From the IMG/VR virus record IMGVR_UViG_3300021964_000024, positions 32,001 through 96,000 of that record: a DNA stretch of 64,000 nucleotides; one strand, given 5' to 3'. Under the pieces are notes generated by a model that did no database searches, was not told where the DNA came from, and saw only the letters and a program-made list of their open reading frames with translations. Source of the stretch: a virus. A program made the translations under genes and the position numbers. Below are positions 29,037-37,226 of the stretch, in pieces; within the stretch, counting starts at the first letter, position 1; the number at the start of each line of letters is the position of its first letter.

Positions 29037-29092
29037 AATATGTCCTTTCCATACGACACCCCGCTTAAGCGGGGTGAAGAGATATGGATCAC

Positions 29093-29260
29093 CTACCTTA
29101 GTTGAGTCACTGTTTGGTCAACAATTGTTTGATTGAGAAACGCTTGTTTTTTCGTTAATTTGTAAACAAGATCGTCCCGGCCTTTTTTCTTCAACCGTTG
29201 GATATAGTGATCCAACTCATGACTATCCCTTTTAAGTCTTTCTAATTGTTTTTCTGACAT
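29093..29260 (-). CDS. small hypothetical protein (55 aa; not in ORF track)
   Basis: MSEKQLERLKRDSHELDHYIQRLKKKG...; GAGG SD. Confidence 0.5.
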   Translation of the reverse strand: MSEKQLERLKRDSHELDHYIQRLKKKGRDDLVYKLTKKQAFLNQTIVDQTVTQLR

Positions 29261-29291
29261 CAACACCTCATATGTTTGTTAATCGGAATGG

Positions 29292-29726
29292 TTAGGTTTT
29301 TATTAGGTTTGGAAAGGTCTCCTCCGTTAGTTTTTTAGTTAAGTATTTCACTGGTGGTTGCTTATTCACCATTGACAAAACGAGTTCCGCATCTGCGGGA
29401 TGGATTGCTTCCAACAATCGGATGAACATGTTCTCCCTTTTGTACGCTGGCATGTTATCGCCGGGCCCGCCTTTCACAAAGTATCCAAACTCTTTGTGTT
29501 TTTTCAGTAGGGTAGAGGGAACAGATTCCTCCCGATTAGGAGTGAATGGGGGTTTTCCTTCGGGGAGAAGGAATTGTAGAGAGTCATCAAATGTGCCTCT
29601 CAGTATGTCTTTAAATGCAGGAACGTCTGCGTACTTCAATAGTACTTCCTTCCTTTTCGCTTTACTTGTTTGTTGTTCAAATTCTTCAAAGATCTCGAAG
29701 ACCTGTTTCACAGTATAGTGTACCAT
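29292..29726 (-). CDS. conserved hypothetical protein (DUF6433-like)
   Basis: LPEGKPPF, YFVKGG, KRENMFIRLLEAIHP. Confidence 0.6.
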   Translation of the reverse strand: MVHYTVKQVFEIFEEFEQQTSKAKRKEVLLKYADVPAFKDILRGTFDDSLQFLLPEGKPPFTPNREESVPSTLLKKHKEFGYFVKGGPGDNMPAYKRENMFIRLLEAIHPADAELVLSMVNKQPPVKYLTKKLTEETFPNLIKT

Positions 29727-29793
29727 ATTATTTCACCTTTAATGTATATAGGGTTTTGAGGTTGTCTAATGTATATATTCCTCAAATAAAATT

Positions 29794-29825
29794 AAAAAAA
29801 ACCCACCACCCCGAAGGATGATGGG
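29794..29825 (-). terminator. rho-independent terminator
   Basis: CCCATCATCC-TTCG-GGGTGGTGGG followed by T8 on the minus strand. Confidence 0.85.
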
Positions 29826-30029
29826 AAAGGGGGTTCATCAACTATCCATAGGAATCATTACCAATTTTCGTCTAGTCAACTTCCCATTCTATCACTTGAT
29901 AGTTATTCATTCCGTTCGCTTCTGCATACTCTATCGCAGCTTCCTCACTCTCGAAACACAACTCAGGTAGGAACTCTCCGTTCTCCTCTAAGTAATAAAC
30001 ACAATCATCCACAACACACCTCTAAAAAC

Positions 30030-30575
30030 TCACGCATACCAACTTCGGTAAAAATCCTTTCCTTCTTCCGCAGGACTCGCATATCGAACATCATCGATGT
30101 TGATCCCACGACCAGTGATTCGCTTCTTGAACTCTTGTCCAATGAACGCATCTTTGACAGGGACAACACGGTCACACATGAATCCCTCACTACCATCAAT
30201 ACTTTGAAGAGCAATCTCACGAAGGACAACACTCGCACCCTTCTTCTCAACTACTTGGTAGGCATCGACATTAGTCTGTTCCCAACCCCAAGAAGCAACA
30301 AAGATATCACCCTCTTTCACACTCTCCTGTGCCTTGACACGGGCAGCAGCACGAGCAATTTTGCGTTCCTCTTTGACTTTCTTCGCACGTTCAATACCCG
30401 CAAGAAACTCTTCAAGATACTGGTTCATTCGTTCGAAACTACCGAACACATAGTTGAACTCAATCTTGTAACCCAGACGGGCACGAGGTGAAGGACGCAC
30501 ACACATCGCAACAGGACGTTCCGCATCAACAGTCAACTCAAAACCTTCCGCAGCAAACTTCTCAATAAATTTCAT
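30030..30575 (-). CDS. hypothetical early protein
   Basis: GDIFVASWGWEQTNVDAYQV...SWYA; GGAG SD. Confidence 0.65.
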   Translation of the reverse strand: MKFIEKFAAEGFELTVDAERPVAMCVRPSPRARLGYKIEFNYVFGSFERMNQYLEEFLAGIERAKKVKEERKIARAAARVKAQESVKEGDIFVASWGWEQTNVDAYQVVEKKGASVVLREIALQSIDGSEGFMCDRVVPVKDAFIGQEFKKRITGRGINIDDVRYASPAEEGKDFYRSWYA

Positions 30576-30590
30576 AATCATCTCCAAAAC

Positions 30591-30654
30591 AAAAAGGGGG
30601 GGAGAAGCAGTGAACCCCGAAGGTTCCTAGTCAATTGTGACACCAGATCTCCCC
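30591..30654 (-). ncRNA. candidate small structured RNA / attenuator in early leader
   Basis: GGGGAGA/TCTCCCC closing stem, two inner hairpins (GTCA-CAAT-TGAC; GAACC-TTCG-GGGTTC), followed by T5. Confidence 0.45.
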
Positions 30655-30667
30655 AATCAACAAAGAC

Positions 30668-30720
30668 ATTATCTCATAGTTATTTCATGGTGTCAACACT
30701 TTTTTTAGACTTTTTTGCTA
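30668..30720 (-). promoter_or_regulatory. repeated early promoter (TTGACA 30691-30696, GATAAT 30668-30673, A-tract UP element)
   Basis: 17-bp spacer. Confidence 0.8.
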
Positions 30721-30729
30721 TATTAATCA

Positions 30730-30981
30730 CTATTTGACCCACACATGGTTATATCTCTCAGGTAGGTTGTCACAGGTATATGCGTCATCTGGATGATAAT
30801 TGATCACCTCGACACATTCCCCTGTAGAATTAGACATATGAACATCAGGCATATCGATCACACTCAATAACCCCTGTCCCACCGCAGTGAGGTAAATAGT
30901 CCCCACTACAACGACGAAGATCAACGAGAACCACATCTCGTTAACCTCCATTTGGTGTTTATCTTTTCTTATAGGATTCAT
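30730..30981 (-). CDS. small membrane protein
   Basis: One TM segment plus a Cys pair. Confidence 0.55.
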   Translation of the reverse strand: MNPIRKDKHQMEVNEMWFSLIFVVVVGTIYLTAVGQGLLSVIDMPDVHMSNSTGECVEVINYHPDDAYTCDNLPERYNHVWVK

Positions 30982-31331
30982 TATGCCTCCACTCTGTCGT
31001 GAATTGCAACCGCACCGTAGAAAGAACCACCAAGTAGTTTATCACAAAGTCTTGAGAACCTTGAGTCACTCGTACCCGCATAGTTCCCACCGAACATAGT
31101 CCACTTGTCTTTCTTAGACACTGGAATCAATCTGAGGATCTTTCTTCCACCGATTGGTTCTGCCATCACAAGTTCTGCGGCAGGATAGTCCTCGCACGGT
31201 TCAAAAGGCCCTTCTGCGTTCACCACAGTGAAACCCTTTGCGTAAGATGACTCACCACCTGCAGTACAGTCCACGTCACCAAAGAACGAATCAGTCCTGT
31301 CCTGCTTGTATATGTTTACATGAATTCCCAT
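30981..31331 (-). CDS. hypothetical early protein
   Basis: MFGGNYAGTSDSRF..AVAIHDRVE; first gene after promoter. Confidence 0.65.
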   Translation of the reverse strand: MGIHVNIYKQDRTDSFFGDVDCTAGGESSYAKGFTVVNAEGPFEPCEDYPAAELVMAEPIGGRKILRLIPVSKKDKWTMFGGNYAGTSDSRFSRLCDKLLGGSFYGAVAIHDRVEA

Positions 31332-31336
31332 AATTT

Positions 31337-31425
31337 ACCTCACTTTTCTCAATTACAAGGTAATTATCTCATAATCAAAACAAGATGTCAAGGGTTTTTT
31401 GAAAAAAAATTAAACTTTTTTTAGA
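31337..31425 (-). repeat. repeated early promoter cassette; 46 bp (31347-31392) identical to 53684-53729
   Basis: Direct sequence comparison; TTGACA 31386-31391, GATAAT 31363-31368. Confidence 0.9.
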
Positions 31426-31836
31426 TCATTTTGCTATATGTTTCGAGTGGATTTTGCACCCAATGAACTCGTTATAGTAATCATCTTTTAATAGGACATC
31501 CCGTTCAAACTGTTCCTTTGCCTCATAGTAAGAACACTCTCCCTTGGTCTTGCATAGTCTCAGGATCTCACGGTAGTAGTTGTCAACACCTCTTTCCTCT
31601 ACAAGGGTCTTCAGATCCTCTGAGGATCCGTAGTAGGTCTTCCAATCACTTTCTGATATTTTAATACGCTTACGGGTCTTTCCTTTCAATGGCGGGAGTC
31701 TCCTGCGACTCCAGAAGAATTTTTTACCGATATACTTCTTGTTAGATGACCTTTCGGTAATCATGTAGACGAACCCCTGCCACTGAGATAGTTCTTCTTC
31801 TGTAGGTTCGAATGGTACGTTCTGATAATGCCACAT
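31426..31836 (-). CDS. GIY-YIG endonuclease
   Basis: GFVYMIT...KKYIGKK, YYGSS, REIL, YYN. Confidence 0.85.
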   Translation of the reverse strand: MWHYQNVPFEPTEEELSQWQGFVYMITERSSNKKYIGKKFFWSRRRLPPLKGKTRKRIKISESDWKTYYGSSEDLKTLVEERGVDNYYREILRLCKTKGECSYYEAKEQFERDVLLKDDYYNEFIGCKIHSKHIAK

Positions 31837-31850
31837 ATTACTATGTAGCT

Positions 31851-32192
31851 TTAGATTACCTCGTTGTTTTCGTCAACCTTAATTTGAGTAGGTTTGGGAC
31901 ACCTGAATCGTGTCGTAAGATACGTGCACATGTGAACTATGTCGCCTGGCATACACAGTCGAGCGCCTGGCCCCCTTACGGAGATTTCACGGGAACCTCT
32001 ACCACCTTCGATAACGTAGGTAGTCCACCTCTGTCCGTTAGTCTCATTGTAGATATCGATCTGTTCCCATAGTTTGATATTTGCTTCTGACATGAGATCA
32101 GGATCTATCGCAACAGATCCTTCGTAGTCTAACTGTGTATCGGTGACAGTGGCACGGTGTATTTTGGATTTTAAATATGTAGATAAGTGCAT
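31851..32192 (-). CDS. panD: aspartate 1-decarboxylase (pyruvoyl proenzyme)
   Basis: LKSKIHRATVT..LDYEGS (G-S cleavage site), NGQRWTTYVI, GD. Confidence 0.9.
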   Translation of the reverse strand: MHLSTYLKSKIHRATVTDTQLDYEGSVAIDPDLMSEANIKLWEQIDIYNETNGQRWTTYVIEGGRGSREISVRGPGARLCMPGDIVHMCTYLTTRFRCPKPTQIKVDENNEVI

Positions 32193-32321
32193 AATTATGT
32201 TAGGTAGTCAATTATTTGGATACAGGTGTACTGTAACAACAGAACACTTGCGATTGCAATTACAGGGTAAACACAGTTTGCCAACATAGGGTTCTCGTTT
32301 ACCCACTCTTCTATTTCTTTG

Positions 32322-32471
32322 TCATTCATCGGAATCTTTCAACTGAACAAGGTCTGAATCAGATCCGCACATCGGACAATGCGCTGGCGGATCGTCATCT
32401 TCATGAACAATAATAGTAGTCTCTATGTCACAGATCGGACAGTCGTTAACATACTTGAAAGCATCTGTCAT
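32322..32471 (-). CDS. small zinc-ribbon protein (49 aa; not in ORF track)
   Basis: CPIC...CPMCG; ATGA coupled to nrdB. Confidence 0.6.
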   Translation of the reverse strand: MTDAFKYVNDCPICDIETTIIVHEDDDPPAHCPMCGSDSDLVQLKDSDE

Positions 32472-33475
32472 GCTGCACAACCCGTTCCGTCTAACTCACA
32501 CATGACTGGTGCGGGAGCACCTTCTTCTTCCCATCCCCAGTCACCTTCCATTCCGTTTACAGAATACTCAGTGACTCGTTTTTCAAAGAAGTTGTCATGA
32601 GACGCACCATTCAATACCCAGTCTAACCAAGGTAGTGGATTGTCCTTTTGTCGAAACTTCGGTTTCAATCCTAGTTGAAGTAAACGTCTATCCGCAATGT
32701 GACGGATGTATTGTTTCACTTCTTCCTTCGTTAGACCCTCGACATCATTACCTCTAAATGCAAGTTGAATGAACTTGTCTTCTAGTGCAACAGCAGTCTT
32801 TGCCATCTCATAGATCTTAGACTTGAGTTCATCGTTTACGATACGTGGATGTTCATCACAGAACTCACGGAACAGCTTTGCGTTACCCTGCACGTGTAGA
32901 GACTCATCACGTATCGACCACTCAACGATTGTACCCATACCCTTCATCTTACCAAAACGTTGGAAGTTGAGTAACATCACAAAAGAACTGAACAGACTCA
33001 TACCCTCGTTGAATACTGATTGTGCGAGTGCAAGTGCAAGTCCGGTGTGAGTGTTTGAGTCACCTTCTTTCATGAAGTCAACCTTGTCTGCCATCTCTTT
33101 AAACTCAAGAAACTTGTGGTACTCTTCGTCGGGTAGACCCAGAGTATCATTCAACAGTGCATACGCACGTTGGTGTACTGCTTCTCGACCCGCAAACGAT
33201 GACAACATGTTACGGACTTCATTGTTCTTGAATTTTGGAATCAAGAGTTCGTGATAGTTCTCACCCACCTGTACGTCTGACTGAGTAAACAGTCTCAAGA
33301 TGTGAGTAATGAACTCTTTCTCTGATTCAGTTAGTTTGGTTTTCCAGTCCTGTACGTCTTCGGACAGTTCTGCTTCGTCTTCAATCCAGTGCACCTCTTC
33401 GTGCTTCTTGGATAGTTCTACCGCCCATGGATACTTGAACGGTTTGTAAGTTGTACTAAATTCTAATAATGCCAT
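32468..33475 (-). CDS. nrdB: ribonucleotide reductase class I beta subunit
   Basis: FTQSD, EAVHQRAY, EG..LFSSF, RDESLH, NFFEKRVTEY. Confidence 0.95.
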   Translation of the reverse strand: MALLEFSTTYKPFKYPWAVELSKKHEEVHWIEDEAELSEDVQDWKTKLTESEKEFITHILRLFTQSDVQVGENYHELLIPKFKNNEVRNMLSSFAGREAVHQRAYALLNDTLGLPDEEYHKFLEFKEMADKVDFMKEGDSNTHTGLALALAQSVFNEGMSLFSSFVMLLNFQRFGKMKGMGTIVEWSIRDESLHVQGNAKLFREFCDEHPRIVNDELKSKIYEMAKTAVALEDKFIQLAFRGNDVEGLTKEEVKQYIRHIADRRLLQLGLKPKFRQKDNPLPWLDWVLNGASHDNFFEKRVTEYSVNGMEGDWGWEEEGAPAPVMCELDGTGCAA

Positions 33476-35455
33476 TTATCCCTCGCAAGCTTTGCATTCG
33501 TCTTCTTCGTTATTTTCTGCCGGTGTATCTAACCATTCCATTAGTTCTTGGTATCCACCTATGTAGTTCCCCTGAATATAGATTTGGGGTACAGTTTTGA
33601 CCTTACGTCCCGTTACTTCTGCAGCGGTCTTACCGATCTCTTCGAGATCTATCTTGTCAAATAGAATACCTCGTAACTTGAGTTCTTCCATTGCAAGAGC
33701 ACACCAAGGGCAGTTCTTTTTACTATAGACAATGCTACGAGTATCATCCTGCAGTGCAACACGTTCTACTTTCTCAGATACGTTTTCTGCACGTGACTTT
33801 GCTTCGGTACGGAGATAGTATAGACCTTTCAGTCCTTCTTTCCATGCCTTCAAATGCACCTTGTTAACATAAGATTTCTCTGCACCAGATGGGAAAAAGA
33901 TATTAACTGACTGTCCTTGACAGATGTACTTCTGACGATCTGCTGCATGTTGGATAACCCAGTTCTGATCTAATTCCTGTGCAGTCTTATATATACTTTT
34001 TTCACCCTCTGTTAGGAAAGGTAAGTGCTGAACACTACCTTTATTTGTGATAATACTAGTCCAGTTGGACTCGTTGTTCTCACCCTTACTCTCCAGTAAC
34101 TCTTCCAAGTATTTGTTCTTTACAAGGAACGAACCTGATCGGGTACGGTGCGTATATGCACATGCCTTTAACGGTTCGATGCTTGGACTTGTAGACAGAA
34201 TGACTCCGCTTGAGGCGTTTGGTGCAATTGCAAGGAGATGTGCGTTTCTCCTTCCGGATCCTGCACCGTCAGGATATTCCCCCCTCTCTTCTGCAAGTCG
34301 TTGAGTTTCTGCGACAGCTTCTCCGTTAATATGGGCAAACACAACATCGTTGATTTCTCTTGCCTTTCTTGATTCCCATGCGACTCCATTTTTTTGGAGG
34401 AGACTGTGGAATCCCATTGCTCCGAGTCCAATTGATCGTTCACGTTCTGCAGAGTACTTTGCACGGCTGATAGTGTCTGGTGCGTTTTCGATAAAGTATT
34501 CGAGAACATTATCAAGCATACGCACAATATCCCGCACAATAGTAGTGTTTTTCCATTCATCATAATACTCCAGATTCAAACTAGATAAACAACATACCGC
34601 AGTCCGGTCTTCACTTGTCGGTAAGTGTATCTCATTACATAAATTGGATCCATGAATTTGTAGACCAAGATCCTTTAGTGGTTGGGGTAGCATTTCATTT
34701 GCAGTGTCGATGAAGTTCAGATAGGGTTCACCTGTACGGAACCTCACTTCCAAAATACGTTCCCATAGTTTACGTGCCTTGATCGTCTCCTTCACAGTTC
34801 CATCTTTTGGATCACGCAGATCAAAGTCAGAGTTAGTCATGACTGCTTCCATGAACTCATTACTGACATTGATTGCGTTGTGTAGGTTTAACGCTTTACG
34901 TTGCACGTCACCCGTAGGAATACGGATGTTTAAAAATTCGATAATGTCTGGATGCGACACGTCCATGTAAGCGGCATAAGAACCCTTACGAGTCTTACCT
35001 TGACGGTAAGCAATCATGTCTGCATCTACAGTGTGTAGGAACGGGATAGGGCCTGGTGCAATGTCTGACACGGTTCGCACGTCACTCCAGTGACCCCCAA
35101 CACCGCCACCATAAACACTAAGCCAACGTAACTCAGAACTGTGACCAATGAGACCCTCCAGAGTATCTGGCACATAAGTGAGGAAACACGAGATAGGCAT
35201 TCCTTTCCCTTTACCGTGTCCATTAGGTGCGTTAGAAAGTACAGGAGAAGCGTACATAAACCACTTATTACTAACATAATCATATAACCGTTGAGCAAGA
35301 TCTTCATCCATCTCTCCCTTATATGTTGACCATGCCTTTGCGGCACGTGCGTATCCCTCTTGAGGGGAGTCTTCATAATCATTCAGGTAGAAGTCTTTCA
35401 GCATCCCTACTGCATAGTCCTCTAACAACTTATCCTTTTTCTTATCAATTTTCAT
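33476..35455 (-). CDS. nrdA: ribonucleotide reductase class I alpha subunit with inserted glutaredoxin domain
   Basis: PISCF, SNLCNEI, VCCLSS, IAPNASS, GLYYLR, Grx CPWC/TVPQI, terminal CKAC. Confidence 0.95.
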   Translation of the reverse strand: MKIDKKKDKLLEDYAVGMLKDFYLNDYEDSPQEGYARAAKAWSTYKGEMDEDLAQRLYDYVSNKWFMYASPVLSNAPNGHGKGKGMPISCFLTYVPDTLEGLIGHSSELRWLSVYGGGVGGHWSDVRTVSDIAPGPIPFLHTVDADMIAYRQGKTRKGSYAAYMDVSHPDIIEFLNIRIPTGDVQRKALNLHNAINVSNEFMEAVMTNSDFDLRDPKDGTVKETIKARKLWERILEVRFRTGEPYLNFIDTANEMLPQPLKDLGLQIHGSNLCNEIHLPTSEDRTAVCCLSSLNLEYYDEWKNTTIVRDIVRMLDNVLEYFIENAPDTISRAKYSAERERSIGLGAMGFHSLLQKNGVAWESRKAREINDVVFAHINGEAVAETQRLAEERGEYPDGAGSGRRNAHLLAIAPNASSGVILSTSPSIEPLKACAYTHRTRSGSFLVKNKYLEELLESKGENNESNWTSIITNKGSVQHLPFLTEGEKSIYKTAQELDQNWVIQHAADRQKYICQGQSVNIFFPSGAEKSYVNKVHLKAWKEGLKGLYYLRTEAKSRAENVSEKVERVALQDDTRSIVYSKKNCPWCALAMEELKLRGILFDKIDLEEIGKTAAEVTGRKVKTVPQIYIQGNYIGGYQELMEWLDTPAENNEEDECKACEG

Positions 35456-35824
35456 TTATCTTCCACCACTGTAATCGTAAAATGGTTCATCGGGAACATA
35501 TTCATAGTTCTCAATTACCGCTTGTTTCTTTGTATCTATGAACTTGTCAACCATGGTTAACACTTTCTGGTCTTGTTCCGTCTGAGACCAAATCTCTTCC
35601 CACATAAAGTGATTTACAAGAGACGACTCAGGATTGGAAATTAGAAATCTGTCTTGTCGGAGTTCTTCACTGTCGCATCCTTCCATAGGTACAAAGATCA
35701 ATTTTTCTACATGTCCGCCTGCCATACCCAGATTATTCTGCAGGGCTACTACCTCTTCTACTTCATCTTGATCCTTACCATGAAAAACGCAGACAGTAAA
35801 TCCCCTATGATCTATAGTCTTCAT
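35456..35824 (-). CDS. hypothetical protein
   Basis: First gene of the nrd operon. Confidence 0.55.
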   Translation of the reverse strand: MKTIDHRGFTVCVFHGKDQDEVEEVVALQNNLGMAGGHVEKLIFVPMEGCDSEELRQDRFLISNPESSLVNHFMWEEIWSQTEQDQKVLTMVDKFIDTKKQAVIENYEYVPDEPFYDYSGGR

Positions 35825-35851
35825 AGCGTTAGTTCCTAGTTTGGTTTGAAC

Positions 35852-35880
35852 ATCATAACAGACTCAACGAGAAATGTCAA
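35852..35880 (-). promoter_or_regulatory. sigma70 promoter TTGACA-17-TATGAT for the nrdAB-panD operon
   Basis: Consensus and spacing. Confidence 0.7.
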
Positions 35881-35882
35881 GC

Positions 35883-36035
35883 CTATAAGGGAGATTTTCG
35901 TTTAAGAACCTTCGCAAGCAGTTCATCACGCTTACGTTTCTTTTTCTTTTTCACTACCACTGTAGAGGCATCATCACCCGTACCAACTACGGATGCTGTC
36001 GTTGTGTCCTCAGCATGTGTTTTAAATTTCTTCAT
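35883..36035 (-). CDS. small basic protein with CTS-like start MKKFKTHAE
   Basis: GAGGA SD; poly-Lys tract. Confidence 0.55.
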   Translation of the reverse strand: MKKFKTHAEDTTTASVVGTGDDASTVVVKKKKKRKRDELLAKVLKRKSPL

Positions 36036-36639
36036 TGGTGTCCTCTCTTTTAAGTAAAACCACAACCGACACTTCTACTCCATCACCCCCGTTCCAACGT
36101 CTCTTAGAGTTTTCGATTTCATACACTTCATGTATCTTATAGGGATGATTGTCACTCTGGTCTATATGGTTTACAAATCTTTTTATGTCCGAAAACAGGT
36201 TTATGTCATCTATTAGGATATATGGAATTTTTGCTAGACTACAGTTGATGTAATCTCTTCGCATTGCTTCATGTCTATGATCCCCGTCGATATACGCCAA
36301 ATCGTATCCTTCTGATAATTCTTCGGGTGTGATCTCACGAGAATCTTTGATACCAAATTTGAACCTGTCTCCAAAGATCTTTTCCATCTTATTGGCGGCT
36401 GGTCTAGTATAACGATGTCTTCCAATGTCGATAGAGTGAACTTCGATGTCACGGTCTGTTGAGAGGAAACAGTACGTAGAATGTCCTGCGTTGAATCCGA
36501 TTTCTAAAATCTTCTTTGCACCAGTTGTTGCCAACATGGATTTAAAATTGCGAACGGTCTTATCTGATAGATATGCATGACCTTCGTTGATATATCTTTC
36601 CATACCAGAAAAATGATGGTCATACCTATCTTGCATCAT
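36022..36639 (-). CDS. class I SAM methyltransferase (Methyltransf_24-like)
   Basis: ILEIGFNAGHS, SIDI, DLAYIDGDH, ILIDD. Confidence 0.85.
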   Translation of the reverse strand: MMQDRYDHHFSGMERYINEGHAYLSDKTVRNFKSMLATTGAKKILEIGFNAGHSTYCFLSTDRDIEVHSIDIGRHRYTRPAANKMEKIFGDRFKFGIKDSREITPEELSEGYDLAYIDGDHRHEAMRRDYINCSLAKIPYILIDDINLFSDIKRFVNHIDQSDNHPYKIHEVYEIENSKRRWNGGDGVEVSVVVLLKREDTNEEI

Positions 36640-37217
36640 TTCGATAACTCCGCCGTGGTTATGTAAACTTTTTGATTGGATTTCAGATGAGTCGCTTCGT
36701 AAATGGATAGACCAAGTATCTCATCTATAGGCATAGTCACTTCTACTCTAAGTTGGTCACCTTTCTTGACAACCTCTTCGCACTTAGTAGTGATGCTGTC
36801 ATTCTTGATTCGGTAGATGCCTGGCGATAACTCATTACCTTCTAACATAAACCACTGAGTCTCTTCTGCGAGACAGTCAAGAATGTCTATACCTGTTTCT
36901 TTGTGGATCTTATCTATGTCTCCACCGTGTTCTTTGATCAGTGCAAGAGCGGCACCGTATCGTGCGACCACAGATGAACCGCCTGGCGCTTTTGCCATGA
37001 TTCGTTTTAAATTGAAAACAAGACGATGGAATGTCGTGTAGTGTGCTCTATATGCTTCACGATCATCCATAGAATTCTGTGAGAAGTCTTTGTTCTTATT
37101 TCCGTCTTTGTCTATGATTCCCGCTTTGAACGCTTCGGTATCCTCGAACTTCGTTACCAGAAGTTTCAAGAACCGGATAGTATAGACAAGATCTGCTGCT
37201 GATTTTAATAGTCCCAT
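36636..37217 (-). CDS. conserved hypothetical late protein
   Basis: RFLKLLVT.FE..AFK.GIID..G...YT.FHRLVFNLKR; late promoter at 37224-37231. Confidence 0.65.
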   Translation of the reverse strand: MGLLKSAADLVYTIRFLKLLVTKFEDTEAFKAGIIDKDGNKNKDFSQNSMDDREAYRAHYTTFHRLVFNLKRIMAKAPGGSSVVARYGAALALIKEHGGDIDKIHKETGIDILDCLAEETQWFMLEGNELSPGIYRIKNDSITTKCEEVVKKGDQLRVEVTMPIDEILGLSIYEATHLKSNQKVYITTAELSK

Positions 37218-37226
37218 AGTGCTTAT

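Noticed and set aside
30591-30654. Structured element considered as tRNA or hammerhead ribozyme
   Set aside because: Lacks cloverleaf, T-loop GTTCRA and CCA; lacks the CUGANGA/GAAA core.
31426-31836. GIY-YIG gene as an intron-borne homing endonuclease
   Set aside because: Free-standing, catalytic domain only; nearby nrdA and nrdB are uninterrupted.
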